DNA from: an uncultured delta proteobacterium
GTDB lineage: Bacteria; Desulfobacterota; Desulfobacteria; Desulfobacterales; SpSt-501
Assembly: GCA_963828345.1 (NCBI GenBank)
Contig: CAWHEZ010000019.1
Span: forward strand, 61,568 to 125,567
Length of the DNA stretch: 64,000 nt
Reading direction: 5' to 3'
Shown here piece by piece: positions 39,413-49,403 of this stretch. Within the stretch, counting starts at the first letter, position 1. Each line of letters opens with the position of its first letter. The position numbers and the translations under genes were made by a program. The notes beneath the pieces are model-generated. The model was not told the DNA's origin. It made no database searches and was given only the letters and a program-made list of their open reading frames with translations.

Positions 39413-39889
39413 ATGAAGCCTGCGAATGCTATCCCCCTGGGGCAGTTGCTGGTTGGTCTTTTCTGGGTTGGACTTGCTGCCCTCGTCTTCTACGGCATAC
39501 GAAGCCTCGCGCCGGCCGAGCCCGGTGGGCTTGGCCCGGCCACGTTCCCTAAAATCCTCGCGGTCAGCCTTTCGGCCCTGGTGGCCCTCTACTGGTTCCA
39601 GTCTTGGAAAGCCGCCCCCATCCCGTTTCTAAAAAAAGACAGCGGCGGAAGTCTCCTTAAAACAGCCTGCCTAAGCGGCCTTGCGCTATCCTCCGCCTTG
39701 CTGTGGGAGCCGGTGGGGGCACTGCCCGTTCTGGTTGCCCTCAGCATCATCGAGCTAAGGTGGATCGAGGGCTTCAGCTGGGTGCGCGTTCTGGGCGTGG
39801 GGCTAACGCTTTCAATCGGCATGTGGGTTGTCTTCACCCAGGCGCTGGGGGTCAACTTGCCGCTCGGCATGCTGATGTGGTTTTTCTAA
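39413..39889 (+). CDS. tctB: tripartite tricarboxylate transporter TctB-family small membrane protein
   Basis: Four predicted TM segments, located between the tctC and tctA genes. Confidence 0.7.
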   Translation: MKPANAIPLGQLLVGLFWVGLAALVFYGIRSLAPAEPGGLGPATFPKILAVSLSALVALYWFQSWKAAPIPFLKKDSGGSLLKTACLSGLALSSALLWEPVGALPVLVALSIIELRWIEGFSWVRVLGVGLTLSIGMWVVFTQALGVNLPLGMLMWFF

Positions 39890-39932
39890 CGACTGTTGCC
39901 GGCCTCACGCTTCGCGGGAATGGACTTCATCC

Positions 39933-41432
39933 ATGGAAACCTTCCAATCGCTATTGTTGGGCTTTCACACTGCCCTGACGGCAAGCAACCTCCTCGTCTG
40001 CATGGTGGGCATACTGATCGGCACCCTGGTCGGGGCCCTTCCGGGCATCGGGCCAACCGGTGCCGTGGCGATCCTGCTGCCGGCCTCCTACCAGCTGGGG
40101 CCCGCTTCGGCTTTGATTCTTCTGGCGGGCATCTACTACGGCACCCAGTACGGCGGCACGATCACCTCGGTTCTCATGAACGTCCCGGGCGAGTCGTCCT
40201 CAGTGGTGACGACCTTCGACGGCTACCAGATGGCCAAGCAGGGTCGGGCCGGCATCGCCCTGGGGATTGCCGCGATCGGCTCGTTTGTGGGGGGTACGCT
40301 CAGCGTCATCGGGCTGATGGTGCTCGGGCCGGCCCTTGCCGATTACGCGCTCGCATTCGGGCCACCCGAATATTTCGCCCTGATGGTGCTGGCGTTGAGC
40401 CTGATCACCGCCTTTACCGGCAAGTCCCTGGTGCGCGGGCTGATATCGACCGTCTTCGGGCTGCTCATAGGCTGTGTGGGCGACGACGTGATCAGCGGCG
40501 ACCCGCGGCTGACCTTCCACATTTCCGGGCTGCTCGACGGGATCCAATTCCTGCCGGTGGCCGTGGGTCTTTTCGGCGTCAGCGAAATGATCGAAAGCCT
40601 GCTCGAAAAGGAAGGCACCCAAGTCATTAAAGCCGATTTCGGATGGCGCAAGGTTTTGCCCGGCTGGGCGGACATGCGCCGGTCCACCTGGCCCATCATC
40701 AGGGGCTCCGTCCTGGGTTTTCTGGTCGGGATTCTGCCCGGCGCAGGGGCTACCATTGCCTCGTTTCTCTCCTACGGTATGGAGCAGAAGCTCTCAAAGA
40801 GCCCGGAGCGCTTCGGGCATGGCGCAATCGAGGGTGTCGCCGGACCCGAGACCGCCAACAATGCCTCAACCGGAGGGGCTTTCGTGCCCATGCTGAGCCT
40901 GGGGATACCCGGCTCCGGAACCACCGCGGTCCTTTTAGGAGGCTTTCTCCTGTTCGGGCTCCATCCCGGGCCGGCACTTTTCAGAGAAGCCCCCGAGGTC
41001 GTTTGGGGACTGATCGCCAGCATGTACATCGGCAACGTGGCCCTGGTGATCATCAACATCGGCTTTATCCCGCTCATGGTCCTGATCATGGACCGGATCA
41101 GCCCGTACATCCGACTGGTCGTGCTCATCCTCGCCATCATGGGGGTTTACAGCTTTCGCAACACGGTGCTCGACGTCATCGTCATGCTGGCCTTTGCCGT
41201 GGTGGGTATTTTCCTGAAGCGCTACGAGTTCCCGCTGGCGCCGATCGTTCTGGGGCTGATCCTGGGGGACCGCGCCGAGATCAGCTTGCGGCAGAGCATG
41301 ACCATTTCACAAAATGACATTTCCATCTTTTACACCCATCCGATTTCCGCGGTGCTGCTGCTCAGCGCGGTGGTGCTTTTCTTTTTGCCGGTTGTGTCAA
41401 AGGCGCTCGGCCGCATGCGTGCCGCGGAGTAG
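39933..41432 (+). CDS. tctA: tripartite tricarboxylate transporter permease TctA
   Basis: GALPGIGPTGAVAILLP, YYGTQYGGTITSVLMNVPGE, GILPGAGATIASFLSY, ETANNA. Confidence 0.9.
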   Translation: METFQSLLLGFHTALTASNLLVCMVGILIGTLVGALPGIGPTGAVAILLPASYQLGPASALILLAGIYYGTQYGGTITSVLMNVPGESSSVVTTFDGYQMAKQGRAGIALGIAAIGSFVGGTLSVIGLMVLGPALADYALAFGPPEYFALMVLALSLITAFTGKSLVRGLISTVFGLLIGCVGDDVISGDPRLTFHISGLLDGIQFLPVAVGLFGVSEMIESLLEKEGTQVIKADFGWRKVLPGWADMRRSTWPIIRGSVLGFLVGILPGAGATIASFLSYGMEQKLSKSPERFGHGAIEGVAGPETANNASTGGAFVPMLSLGIPGSGTTAVLLGGFLLFGLHPGPALFREAPEVVWGLIASMYIGNVALVIINIGFIPLMVLIMDRISPYIRLVVLILAIMGVYSFRNTVLDVIVMLAFAVVGIFLKRYEFPLAPIVLGLILGDRAEISLRQSMTISQNDISIFYTHPISAVLLLSAVVLFFLPVVSKALGRMRAAE

Positions 41433-41469
41433 CGCCGGCTAAAGTCAAACTCGCCTGGACGGAGGAGAG

Positions 41470-42720
41470 ATGAAATCAAGTGCGCTTGAGTTTCCTGACC
41501 TCTACCGGGTCGACCAGTCTTTTGAGGACAACGGCATCCAGAACGTCCGCCCGGCGGTCAACCGCCTTCTCGATGAATCCGGATACCGCACCAAGGTCCA
41601 AGCCGGACAGAGCGTGGCCGTATGCGTTGCCTCACGCGGGACGCATGATCTCAGAGATCTCGTGCTTGCAACCGTCGAGCACCTGAAGGCCTCGGGTCTT
41701 TTGCCCTTCATCACCCCTGCCATGGGATCCCATGGCGGGGCAACCGGTGAAGGACAGGCTTCGGTCCTGCGGGGGTTGGGCATCACGGAGGCGGTAACCG
41801 GCGTGTCCTTCAAGGCCACCATGGATGTCCACTCGATGGGCAGGGTCGAAGATGGGCCGGAGGTATTTACGGCGATCGATGCGCTCCAAGCCGACCACAT
41901 CGTCGTGATCAATCGCGTCAAGCCTCATACCGGATTTCACTCGGATGTCGAATCCGGCTTGTGCAAAATACTGGCGGTCGGCCTCGGCCGTCAGGTGGGG
42001 GCCGCCACCATGCACAAGTACGACCTCGCCCGCTGCATCGTGCCGGCCGCGCGAATCATCCTCGCAAAGGCGCCCATTCTCTTTGGGATTGCGGTAACCG
42101 AAAATGCGCTCGGGGGGACTCAGTCCATCCATGTTGCCCATCCTGAAAGTTTCGTCGAAACCGACCGCGAGTTGCTCCGCGAGGCGCGCGCGCTTTTGCC
42201 GAAGCTGCCGGTCGAGCAGCTGGATGTTCTCATCGTCGATGAGATCGGCAAGAACATCAGTGGTGCGGGCATGGACCCGAACGTGATCGGGTTTTGGCGC
42301 CGGGGAGGCGGAGAGCGCAAACCCGACTACCGGGTGCTGGTGGCGCTGGATCTGACCGCCCAATCCCACGGCAATGCTCTCGGCATCGGGCTGGCCGATG
42401 TGACCACCCGGCGTTTCGTGGCGAAGATCGACTGGGAGGCCACCTACAAAAACGCGCTGAGCTCCAAGCGCTTTACCGGGGTTCGCATGCCGATGGTCGT
42501 CGAGAACGACCGCCGCGCCCTGGAAGTCGCACTCGATACGGTCGCCGACCCGAAGGCGGCCCGCATCGGCAGGATCCTCAGCACGGCTGCGCTCAAGACT
42601 TTTTGGGTCAGCAGGCCGGTATTGGCAGACTTTCCGGGCCAACCGGGAATAATCAGCCACCCGGAGCCAATAGCGATCGGCTTCGACGAAGAGGGCCGGT
42701 TGAAGCCGTTTGCCACCTGA
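41470..42720 (+). CDS. LarA-like / DUF2088-type (lactate racemase N-terminal domain) protein - tentative
   Basis: PAMGSHGGATGEGQ, INRVKPHTGF, DEIGKNISGAGMDPNVIG resemble this family from memory. Not verified. Confidence 0.5.
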   Translation: MKSSALEFPDLYRVDQSFEDNGIQNVRPAVNRLLDESGYRTKVQAGQSVAVCVASRGTHDLRDLVLATVEHLKASGLLPFITPAMGSHGGATGEGQASVLRGLGITEAVTGVSFKATMDVHSMGRVEDGPEVFTAIDALQADHIVVINRVKPHTGFHSDVESGLCKILAVGLGRQVGAATMHKYDLARCIVPAARIILAKAPILFGIAVTENALGGTQSIHVAHPESFVETDRELLREARALLPKLPVEQLDVLIVDEIGKNISGAGMDPNVIGFWRRGGGERKPDYRVLVALDLTAQSHGNALGIGLADVTTRRFVAKIDWEATYKNALSSKRFTGVRMPMVVENDRRALEVALDTVADPKAARIGRILSTAALKTFWVSRPVLADFPGQPGIISHPEPIAIGFDEEGRLKPFAT

Positions 42721-42752
42721 ACGATGAACGCGCAGCGGAAGGGGGAGGGCCA

Positions 42753-43805
42753 ATGCCTGAAAACGTCGACATCAACGCCGCCGATCTGAAGCAATTCTCT
42801 GCCGCCGTTCTCAGGCAAGTGGGGGTGGCTGCAGCCGAGGCGGCGATCGTGGCCGATTGCATGGTGTTCGCGCATCTGCGCGGGTTTGACACCCACGGGT
42901 TTCCATGCCTCGCCGGCTATGCCGAATGCCTGGAGCAGGGGCGGATCAACCCACACCCCAAGATCGCAATTGAGCGGCCTGCGCCCTGGACGGTCCGGCT
43001 GGACGCTGACAACGGATTGGGCCATGTTGCAGCCGCCAGAGCAATGGAGCTTGCCCTGGAGACCGCCGAAAGATCGGGGGTGGGTGCGGCCGTTGTGCGT
43101 CGCAGCAACCACTTCGGAGCCGCCTGCTGCTACTCCATGATGGCGCTGCCTATGGACTGCATCGGGATTGTGAGCTCCAACGCGTCCGCGGCGGCGGCGC
43201 CATTCGGGGCAGTGGAGCCGTTTTTAGGGACCAATCCGCTTTCGGTCGCGGTGCCCACCCTGAACCTGCCGCCCTTCGTGATCGACATGGCCACCAGCGA
43301 GGGGGCCCGCAAAAAGGTTCGTAAGCTGTTATCGGAAGGCTTGCCCCTGCCTGCCGGCTGGGCTCTCGACAGGGAGGGCAACCCCACAACCGACCCAAAG
43401 ACGGCTCTCGAGGGGGTGATGCTGCCCTTCGGCGGAATGAAGGGCTCGGCCGTCACCCTGTTGCTGGATATCCTGTCGGGGGTGCTTTCCGGGGCTGAAT
43501 TCGGCGGGCGGGTTCTGAGCGTTCTCACCAATCAGGAGAAAGAATCCGGCAACGGCAACTTCATGCTCGTGTTCAAGGCCGCCTCATTTTTGCCGGCCGA
43601 GGAGTTCAAGGCACGCATGGACGAGGAGCTTTCGCGACTGCGATCGTTACGACCGGCGAAAGGGGTATCGGAGGTCATCTACCCGGGGTACAAGGAACAC
43701 GTTCTCGAAGGGGTGCGGCGCGAAAAGGGGATCCCGTTCAGCACGGCATTGATGCAGGAAGCCCGATCTCTGTCGAAGCGCTACGGTGTTGCGTTTCCTG
43801 CGTAA
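42753..43805 (+). CDS. Ldh_2 family (malate/L-lactate dehydrogenase type 2) oxidoreductase
   Basis: RGFDTHGF, RRSNHFGAA, GTNPLSVAVP, ATSEGARKKV, PFGGMKGSAVTLLLDILSG. Confidence 0.85.
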   Translation: MPENVDINAADLKQFSAAVLRQVGVAAAEAAIVADCMVFAHLRGFDTHGFPCLAGYAECLEQGRINPHPKIAIERPAPWTVRLDADNGLGHVAAARAMELALETAERSGVGAAVVRRSNHFGAACCYSMMALPMDCIGIVSSNASAAAAPFGAVEPFLGTNPLSVAVPTLNLPPFVIDMATSEGARKKVRKLLSEGLPLPAGWALDREGNPTTDPKTALEGVMLPFGGMKGSAVTLLLDILSGVLSGAEFGGRVLSVLTNQEKESGNGNFMLVFKAASFLPAEEFKARMDEELSRLRSLRPAKGVSEVIYPGYKEHVLEGVRREKGIPFSTALMQEARSLSKRYGVAFPA

Positions 43806-43851
43806 GGGGGGTAGGGCGATGGTATACAACTTAGCCAAAGGGGGTGACGCT

Positions 43852-45450
43852 ATGCGTAGATCAAGACACAAACTGCTGTGGGCCGGGCTGCTGGTTGCCG
43901 CCATGACGCTGACAGGCTTGGCGCATGCTCAGGAGTTGGCGAAAAACCAGAAGCTGAGAGTGGCCACTCCCATCAGGGACATCCAATCCCTCGACCCCGC
44001 CCGGGCTACCCTGACCGGAGAAAAGGACATCGTGGCGGGGATATTCAATGGGCTGCTGCGCATGCCCTTCGGCAAGGTGGACATCGAAGCGATTGAAGGC
44101 GACCTGGCTGAAAAATGGGATATTAGCCCCGATGGCCTGGTCTGGAGCTTTACCCTGCGCAAAGGGGTGAAGTGGCACAAGGCCTACGGCGAGGTGAGCT
44201 CCGATGATGTCAAATTCACCTTCGAGCGGATCAAGGACAAGGCCACGGCATCGCCCTTCGCCAAGGGGTACGAGAACCTGGACAAGGTGGAGGTCATCGA
44301 TGGCCAGCACTTGAAATTAACCCTCAAGAAGCCCGACCCCTTCTTTGCGCTCAGCCTCATTCCCTATCATGGCGGTCAGATCGTCAGCAAAAAAGCGGTC
44401 GAGAAATTGGGCAAGGAGTTCGCTTTCAGCCCGGTGGGTTCAGGTCGCTTCATTTTCGATTCCTACGATAAAGGGCAGGGGGTATATCTCAAGAGAAACC
44501 CCGATTATTTCCGCGGTGCCCCGATCCTCGAGTCCCTGGAGTACGTGTTCATGCCGGACCCCAGCAGCCGCCTTCTGGCGATTGAAAAAGGCGAAGTCGA
44601 CGTGGGCGCAGGCATGCGCAAGAAGGAGTGGGTCGAGCAGGCGATCAAGTCCGGCATCAAGATGGCCCCGCCCAACCCGCCCCAGCAGCAGATATTGATC
44701 ATGAACATGACCAAAAAGCCCCTGGACGACATCCGGGTCCGCCGGGCGATTGCCTACGCGCTGGACCGGGACACCTTCGTCGATCTGCTGGGGCCCGTTC
44801 TGGGGGGGCCGCAGATCAGCCCCGTGCCGCCGGGCTACTTTGGCCATCTCCAGATCGGGATGGAGCAGTACGAATACGCCCCCGAACGCGCCAAGAAGCT
44901 CCTGGCCGAGGCCGGATATCCACAGGGCATATCCTTAGGAGAGCAATTCTGCAGCGAATCGGACGAATACATCCGGCCCTTCAACGTGATTCAGGAGCAG
45001 CTTCGGCAGGTCGGTATCAATTTTGACATAAAAGTGGTGGACCACCCCACCTACCACAAGCTCATCCGGCAGGACAAGAATGCGCTGGTGATCTACGGAG
45101 CGGTGCGTCTGCCGGTCGCGGAGACGATTTTGACCGAATTCTATGCAAAATCGTCGATTGTCGGCACTCCTACGGCGGTCACCAACTTCTCGCACTACGG
45201 CGAGGTGATGCCCGGAATAGACCAGTACCTCGAAAAGGCCGGGAGCACCACCAATCTGGAGTTGAAAAAATATTATTACGGATTGGCCCAGCTGCAGATT
45301 CTCGAGGATTTGCCTGCTTACCCGTTGTCGCTGGACCGCGCGGCACTTTGCTATCAGAAGTGGGTGGATTTCGGGTATGACATGAAAACCTATGAAACCC
45401 TTTACTACACGATTGAAGTCAGTGAAAAAACAAGAATTTTAAAGCACTGA
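43852..45450 (+). CDS. ABC transporter substrate-binding protein, family 5 (peptide/opine/nickel type)
   Basis: Signal peptide LLWAGLLVAAMTLTGLAHA. GLLRMPFG...LAEKWDISPDGLVWSFTLRKGVKWH. Confidence 0.85.
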   Translation: MRRSRHKLLWAGLLVAAMTLTGLAHAQELAKNQKLRVATPIRDIQSLDPARATLTGEKDIVAGIFNGLLRMPFGKVDIEAIEGDLAEKWDISPDGLVWSFTLRKGVKWHKAYGEVSSDDVKFTFERIKDKATASPFAKGYENLDKVEVIDGQHLKLTLKKPDPFFALSLIPYHGGQIVSKKAVEKLGKEFAFSPVGSGRFIFDSYDKGQGVYLKRNPDYFRGAPILESLEYVFMPDPSSRLLAIEKGEVDVGAGMRKKEWVEQAIKSGIKMAPPNPPQQQILIMNMTKKPLDDIRVRRAIAYALDRDTFVDLLGPVLGGPQISPVPPGYFGHLQIGMEQYEYAPERAKKLLAEAGYPQGISLGEQFCSESDEYIRPFNVIQEQLRQVGINFDIKVVDHPTYHKLIRQDKNALVIYGAVRLPVAETILTEFYAKSSIVGTPTAVTNFSHYGEVMPGIDQYLEKAGSTTNLELKKYYYGLAQLQILEDLPAYPLSLDRAALCYQKWVDFGYDMKTYETLYYTIEVSEKTRILKH

Positions 45451-45595
45451 TCACCTGATCGAGGCGGCACTCCGCGCGACCGGGGGGGGCCGCCACTGGC
45501 TTCCCGCCTCGAATGGCCACGCCCCCTTCATCCGACGGGAGCGTGACGCTGCCGATTTTCCAAACGATGCCGACCGTTTTCTGGGAGGACTATCC

Positions 45596-46537
45596 TTGTT
45601 CGCCTACGCCGTTAGAAGAATAGTCTTCACTGTCCCCATGCTGTTCTTCGTTTTCACAGTGGTGTTCTTTGTCATGCGCCTGGCCGGCGGCGACCCGACC
45701 TACGCCATCTTAGGCGACCGGGCAAGCGCTGAGGCAGTTGCTCAGCTGCGCGTAAAACTCGGATTAAACGACCCCGTGCTTATCCAGTACGTCAAGGCGC
45801 TGAACAACCTTTTGCATGGCGATCTGGGCGAGTCCTTGATCAACGAGAGGCCCATCGCCCCCCAGATCATGAAGGTGCTCCCCTACACGATCGAGTTGAC
45901 GGTCGCCGCCATTATCATTGGCATTGCGCTCGGTATCCCCGCCGGCATTTTCTCGGCCCTTCGGCGCAACCAGATGACCGATTACTTCCTAAGAGTTTTG
46001 AGCCTCATCGGCCTGTCGGCGCCCTCCTTTTACCTGGGCATTCTGTTGCTGCTGCTCTTTTCAGTCCAGTTGGACTGGTTTCCGATCATTGGCTTCACCC
46101 GAAGCGGGGATATCTGGGACCGGCTCTATTATGTCTTTTTACCCGCGCTGAGCCTGGGCTTGAACAAGGCGGCCTTTGTTTGCCGGGTGACCCGGTCCAG
46201 CATGCTGGAGCGCCTGAACGCTGATTACGTGCGCACCGCGCGCGCCAAGGGGCTGCCGGAATTCAAGGTGATTTTCAAACACGCCCTCAAGGACTGCATG
46301 ATCCCCATCGTCACGGTCAGCGGCGTCTATGTGGGGGTGCTCATGGGGGGAGCCATTCTTACGGAAACCATATTCAGCCGGCCGGGGCTCGGCAAATTCC
46401 TGGTGGAGGCCATCGCGCAGCGCGACTACAACGCGATTCAGTCCGGTCTGGTTTTTTACGGGATCGTCATCGTGCTGGTCAACCTGGTCGTGGACCTCTT
46501 GTATGGTCTGATCGATCCCCGCGTAAAATACGAATAG
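45596..46537 (+). CDS. ABC transporter permease (DppB/OppB-like)
   Basis: MRLAGGDPT..., DYVRTARAKGL EAA-loop motif. Confidence 0.85.
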   Translation: MFAYAVRRIVFTVPMLFFVFTVVFFVMRLAGGDPTYAILGDRASAEAVAQLRVKLGLNDPVLIQYVKALNNLLHGDLGESLINERPIAPQIMKVLPYTIELTVAAIIIGIALGIPAGIFSALRRNQMTDYFLRVLSLIGLSAPSFYLGILLLLLFSVQLDWFPIIGFTRSGDIWDRLYYVFLPALSLGLNKAAFVCRVTRSSMLERLNADYVRTARAKGLPEFKVIFKHALKDCMIPIVTVSGVYVGVLMGGAILTETIFSRPGLGKFLVEAIAQRDYNAIQSGLVFYGIVIVLVNLVVDLLYGLIDPRVKYE

Positions 46538-46556
46538 GGGGGCAGGGGCGAGCGAG

Positions 46557-47399
46557 ATGCTCTTCTTTGATAAAAAAGCGCTGTCTGCATTCCGGCAGAA
46601 CAAAACGGCCCTAATCGGCCTGGTGCTTCTGTCGCTGATCCTGTTGTGCGCCCTTTTTGCCAACCTGATCGCCCCATACGATATCCGGGTGCAGAGCCTG
46701 ACCGAGCGCCACCAGGCCCCGAGCCTCGGCCACTGGATGGGCACAGACGATTACGGTCGGGACGTGTTCTCGCGCATACTGGTCGGCTCGCGGGTTTCTC
46801 TTCTGGTCGGGATATGCTCGATTTCGGCTGCAATGCTCCTGGGGGTGCTGCTCGGGGTTTACTCGGGGTTAAAGGGCGGGTGGATTGATCAGGTGCTGAC
46901 CAAGGTGATCGACGCGCTCATGACCTTCCCCTCGCTCATCCTGGGGATCCTGGTGGTGAGCGCCCTCGGGCCGGGTGTCGAGAATGCCACCCTTGCCATA
47001 GCCATTGCGTTCATCCCCCGGTTTGCGCGCGTGGCGCGTGGGCCGACGCTGGTTCTCAAGGAGAATGAATTCATCATGGCCGCGCGGGCCTGCGGGGCCA
47101 CGGATGCGCGGATCATCTTTCGCCACGTCATCCCCAACCTGGTCGGCGAGATCGTCGTCATGGCAAGCCTCTGGATGTCGACGGCCATCATCATCGAATC
47201 CAGCCTGAGCTTTCTCGGCCTGGGCGTGCAGCCCCCGGCGCCGTCCTGGGGGATGATGATCAAATCGGGGGTCGACAACATCCGGCTGGCTCCGTGGCTG
47301 GCCGTGTTCCCGGGTCTGGCCATCTCCCTTGCGGTCCTGGCCTTCAACCTACTGGGGGACGGCCTGCGGGACCTGCTCGACCCCAAGATGCTCAAATAG
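46557..47399 (+). CDS. ABC transporter permease (DppC/OppC-like)
   Basis: HWMGTDDYGRDVFSR, EFIMAARACGA motif. Confidence 0.85.
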   Translation: MLFFDKKALSAFRQNKTALIGLVLLSLILLCALFANLIAPYDIRVQSLTERHQAPSLGHWMGTDDYGRDVFSRILVGSRVSLLVGICSISAAMLLGVLLGVYSGLKGGWIDQVLTKVIDALMTFPSLILGILVVSALGPGVENATLAIAIAFIPRFARVARGPTLVLKENEFIMAARACGATDARIIFRHVIPNLVGEIVVMASLWMSTAIIIESSLSFLGLGVQPPAPSWGMMIKSGVDNIRLAPWLAVFPGLAISLAVLAFNLLGDGLRDLLDPKMLK

Positions 47400-47409
47400 G
47401 CATCGCGGA

Positions 47410-48402
47410 ATGAACGCGATTCTAAAAGTTAAAGAATTAAGCGTGGTCTTCCATACCTTCGAGGGCAGGCTCCAGGCCCTGGACCGGGTCGGCTTTGACG
47501 TGTTCCCGGGAGAAACCCTGGGGATCGTCGGCGAATCGGGCTGCGGCAAGAGCGTTACCTCACTTTCCATCCTGCGCTTGATCCCAACCCCGCCCGGGGA
47601 GATCACGGGCGGGAGCATCGACTACCGGGGAACCGATATCCTTGCGCTTTCGCCCGGGGAGATGCGCTCCGTGCGGGGGCAGAAAATTTCCATGATCTTC
47701 CAGGAGCCCATGACCTCACTAAGCCCGGTTTTCACGGTGGGGGAGCAGATCTCGGAGGTGTACCGTCAGCATAAGAAAATCACGCGACGCGAGGCCATGG
47801 AGCGAAGCATCGGGATGCTCAAGAAGGTAAACATCCCGGATGCGCCTAAGGCCAGCCGCAGCTACCCGCACGAGATGAGCGGCGGAATGCGCCAGAGGGT
47901 CATGATCGCCATGGCGCTGGCCTGCAAGCCGGAGTTGCTGATAGCGGACGAGCCCACGACCGCACTGGATGTGACCATCCAGGCCCAGGTGATCGACCTG
48001 ATCAAAGGGCTGCAAAGCGAAATGGGGATGTCGGTGATTTTTATCACCCACGACCTGGGTGTTGTGGCCAACACGGCCAGGAGAGTGGTGGTCATGTACA
48101 TGGGCCGCATCGTCGAAGAGGCTGCTGCCGCCGAGATCTTCGAAGCCCCCCTGCACCCCTACACCCGGGGTCTGATGCACTCGATCCCCCGGATCGGGGA
48201 GAAGTTAAGGGGTGCCAAGCAGCCGCTGAAAGAGATCAAGGGGGTCGTACCCTCACTCTTCAAGCTCCCGCAGGGATGTACGTTTTCAGACCGGTGCGGC
48301 CAGGTGATGGAGCTTTGCCGCCGCCAGGAGCCGGAGCTGGTCCGGGTCCAACCGGATCACCGCTGCCGGTGCTGGCTGCACACCCCGGACAACCGCTCAT
48401 GA
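47410..48402 (+). CDS. ABC transporter ATP-binding protein (DppD/OppD-like)
   Basis: Walker A GESGCGKS, signature SGGMRQR, Walker [14 protein letters not shown]-terminal oligopeptide-type Cys tail. Confidence 0.9.
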   Translation: MNAILKVKELSVVFHTFEGRLQALDRVGFDVFPGETLGIVGESGCGKSVTSLSILRLIPTPPGEITGGSIDYRGTDILALSPGEMRSVRGQKISMIFQEPMTSLSPVFTVGEQISEVYRQHKKITRREAMERSIGMLKKVNIPDAPKASRSYPHEMSGGMRQRVMIAMALACKPELLIADEPTTALDVTIQAQVIDLIKGLQSEMGMSVIFITHDLGVVANTARRVVVMYMGRIVEEAAAAEIFEAPLHPYTRGLMHSIPRIGEKLRGAKQPLKEIKGVVPSLFKLPQGCTFSDRCGQVMELCRRQEPELVRVQPDHRCRCWLHTPDNRS

Positions 48403-49379
48403 CCGAGCCCATACTTCGCGTCGAAAACCTTCAAAAACGGTTCCCCATCAAGCGGGGAATATGGCGCAAGACCGTCGGCCAAGTTCACGCCGTAGATGGA
48501 ATCAGCTTCTCTCTCCAGCCTCAGGAGAGTCTGGGCCTGGTCGGGGAATCCGGCTGCGGGAAGAGCACCGCGGTGAAGACGCTCCTGCGGCTGATCGAAC
48601 CCTCGGGTGGGCATATTTTCTTCGACGGGCAGGACGTGACCCACCTCGGGCCGGCCGAGCTCAGGCGGCTGAGGCAGAATCTGCAGATCGTTTTCCAGGA
48701 CCCGTATTCCTCCCTGAACCCTCGCATTACGGTCGGGCAGTCGATTGCCGAGCCGTTGGATGTTTTCAAGGTCTGCGCTTCGGGGCGGGAGCGTCAGGAC
48801 CGGATAGCGGAATTGCTGCAGAAGGTCGGCCTCCAACCGGAATCCGCCAGGCGCTACCCCCACGAATTCAGCGGGGGCCAGCGCCAGCGGATCTGCATCG
48901 CGCGTGCGCTCGCCCTCAACCCGAAGGTCATCATCGGCGACGAGCCGGTGTCTGCCCTGGACGTTTCCATCCAGGCCCAGGTGATCAACCTGATGGAAAA
49001 AATCCAGACCGACCTGGGCCTATCGTATCTCATCATCTCGCATGACCTGTCCGTGATCGAGCACATGTGCGATCGCATCTGTGTGATGTACCTGGGGCGG
49101 ATCGTGGAGGCGGCCGACGACAGGGAGATCATCGGTCATCCGCTCCACCCCTACACGCAGGCGTTGATGTCGGCCGTTTACGAGCCTGATCCGGCCCGCC
49201 AGCGGAAACGAACCGTCCTGACTGGAGATGTTCCTTCCCCGATTTCTCCTCCGCTGGGATGTCATTTCCACCCGCGCTGCCCTATCGCCGAAAGGATCTG
49301 CACGGAGCAGCAACCGGAGTTGCTGGAGGTGCGACCGGCGCACCGGGTGGCCTGCCACAAGGTTAAATCGGGGATCTAG
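48399..49379 (+). CDS. ABC transporter ATP-binding protein (DppF/OppF-like)
   Basis: ATGA overlap with the previous gene. [27 protein letters not shown]. Confidence 0.9.
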   Translation: MTEPILRVENLQKRFPIKRGIWRKTVGQVHAVDGISFSLQPQESLGLVGESGCGKSTAVKTLLRLIEPSGGHIFFDGQDVTHLGPAELRRLRQNLQIVFQDPYSSLNPRITVGQSIAEPLDVFKVCASGRERQDRIAELLQKVGLQPESARRYPHEFSGGQRQRICIARALALNPKVIIGDEPVSALDVSIQAQVINLMEKIQTDLGLSYLIISHDLSVIEHMCDRICVMYLGRIVEAADDREIIGHPLHPYTQALMSAVYEPDPARQRKRTVLTGDVPSPISPPLGCHFHPRCPIAERICTEQQPELLEVRPAHRVACHKVKSGI

Positions 49380-49403
49380 ACCCGTGAACGAGAAGGAGGA
49401 GTG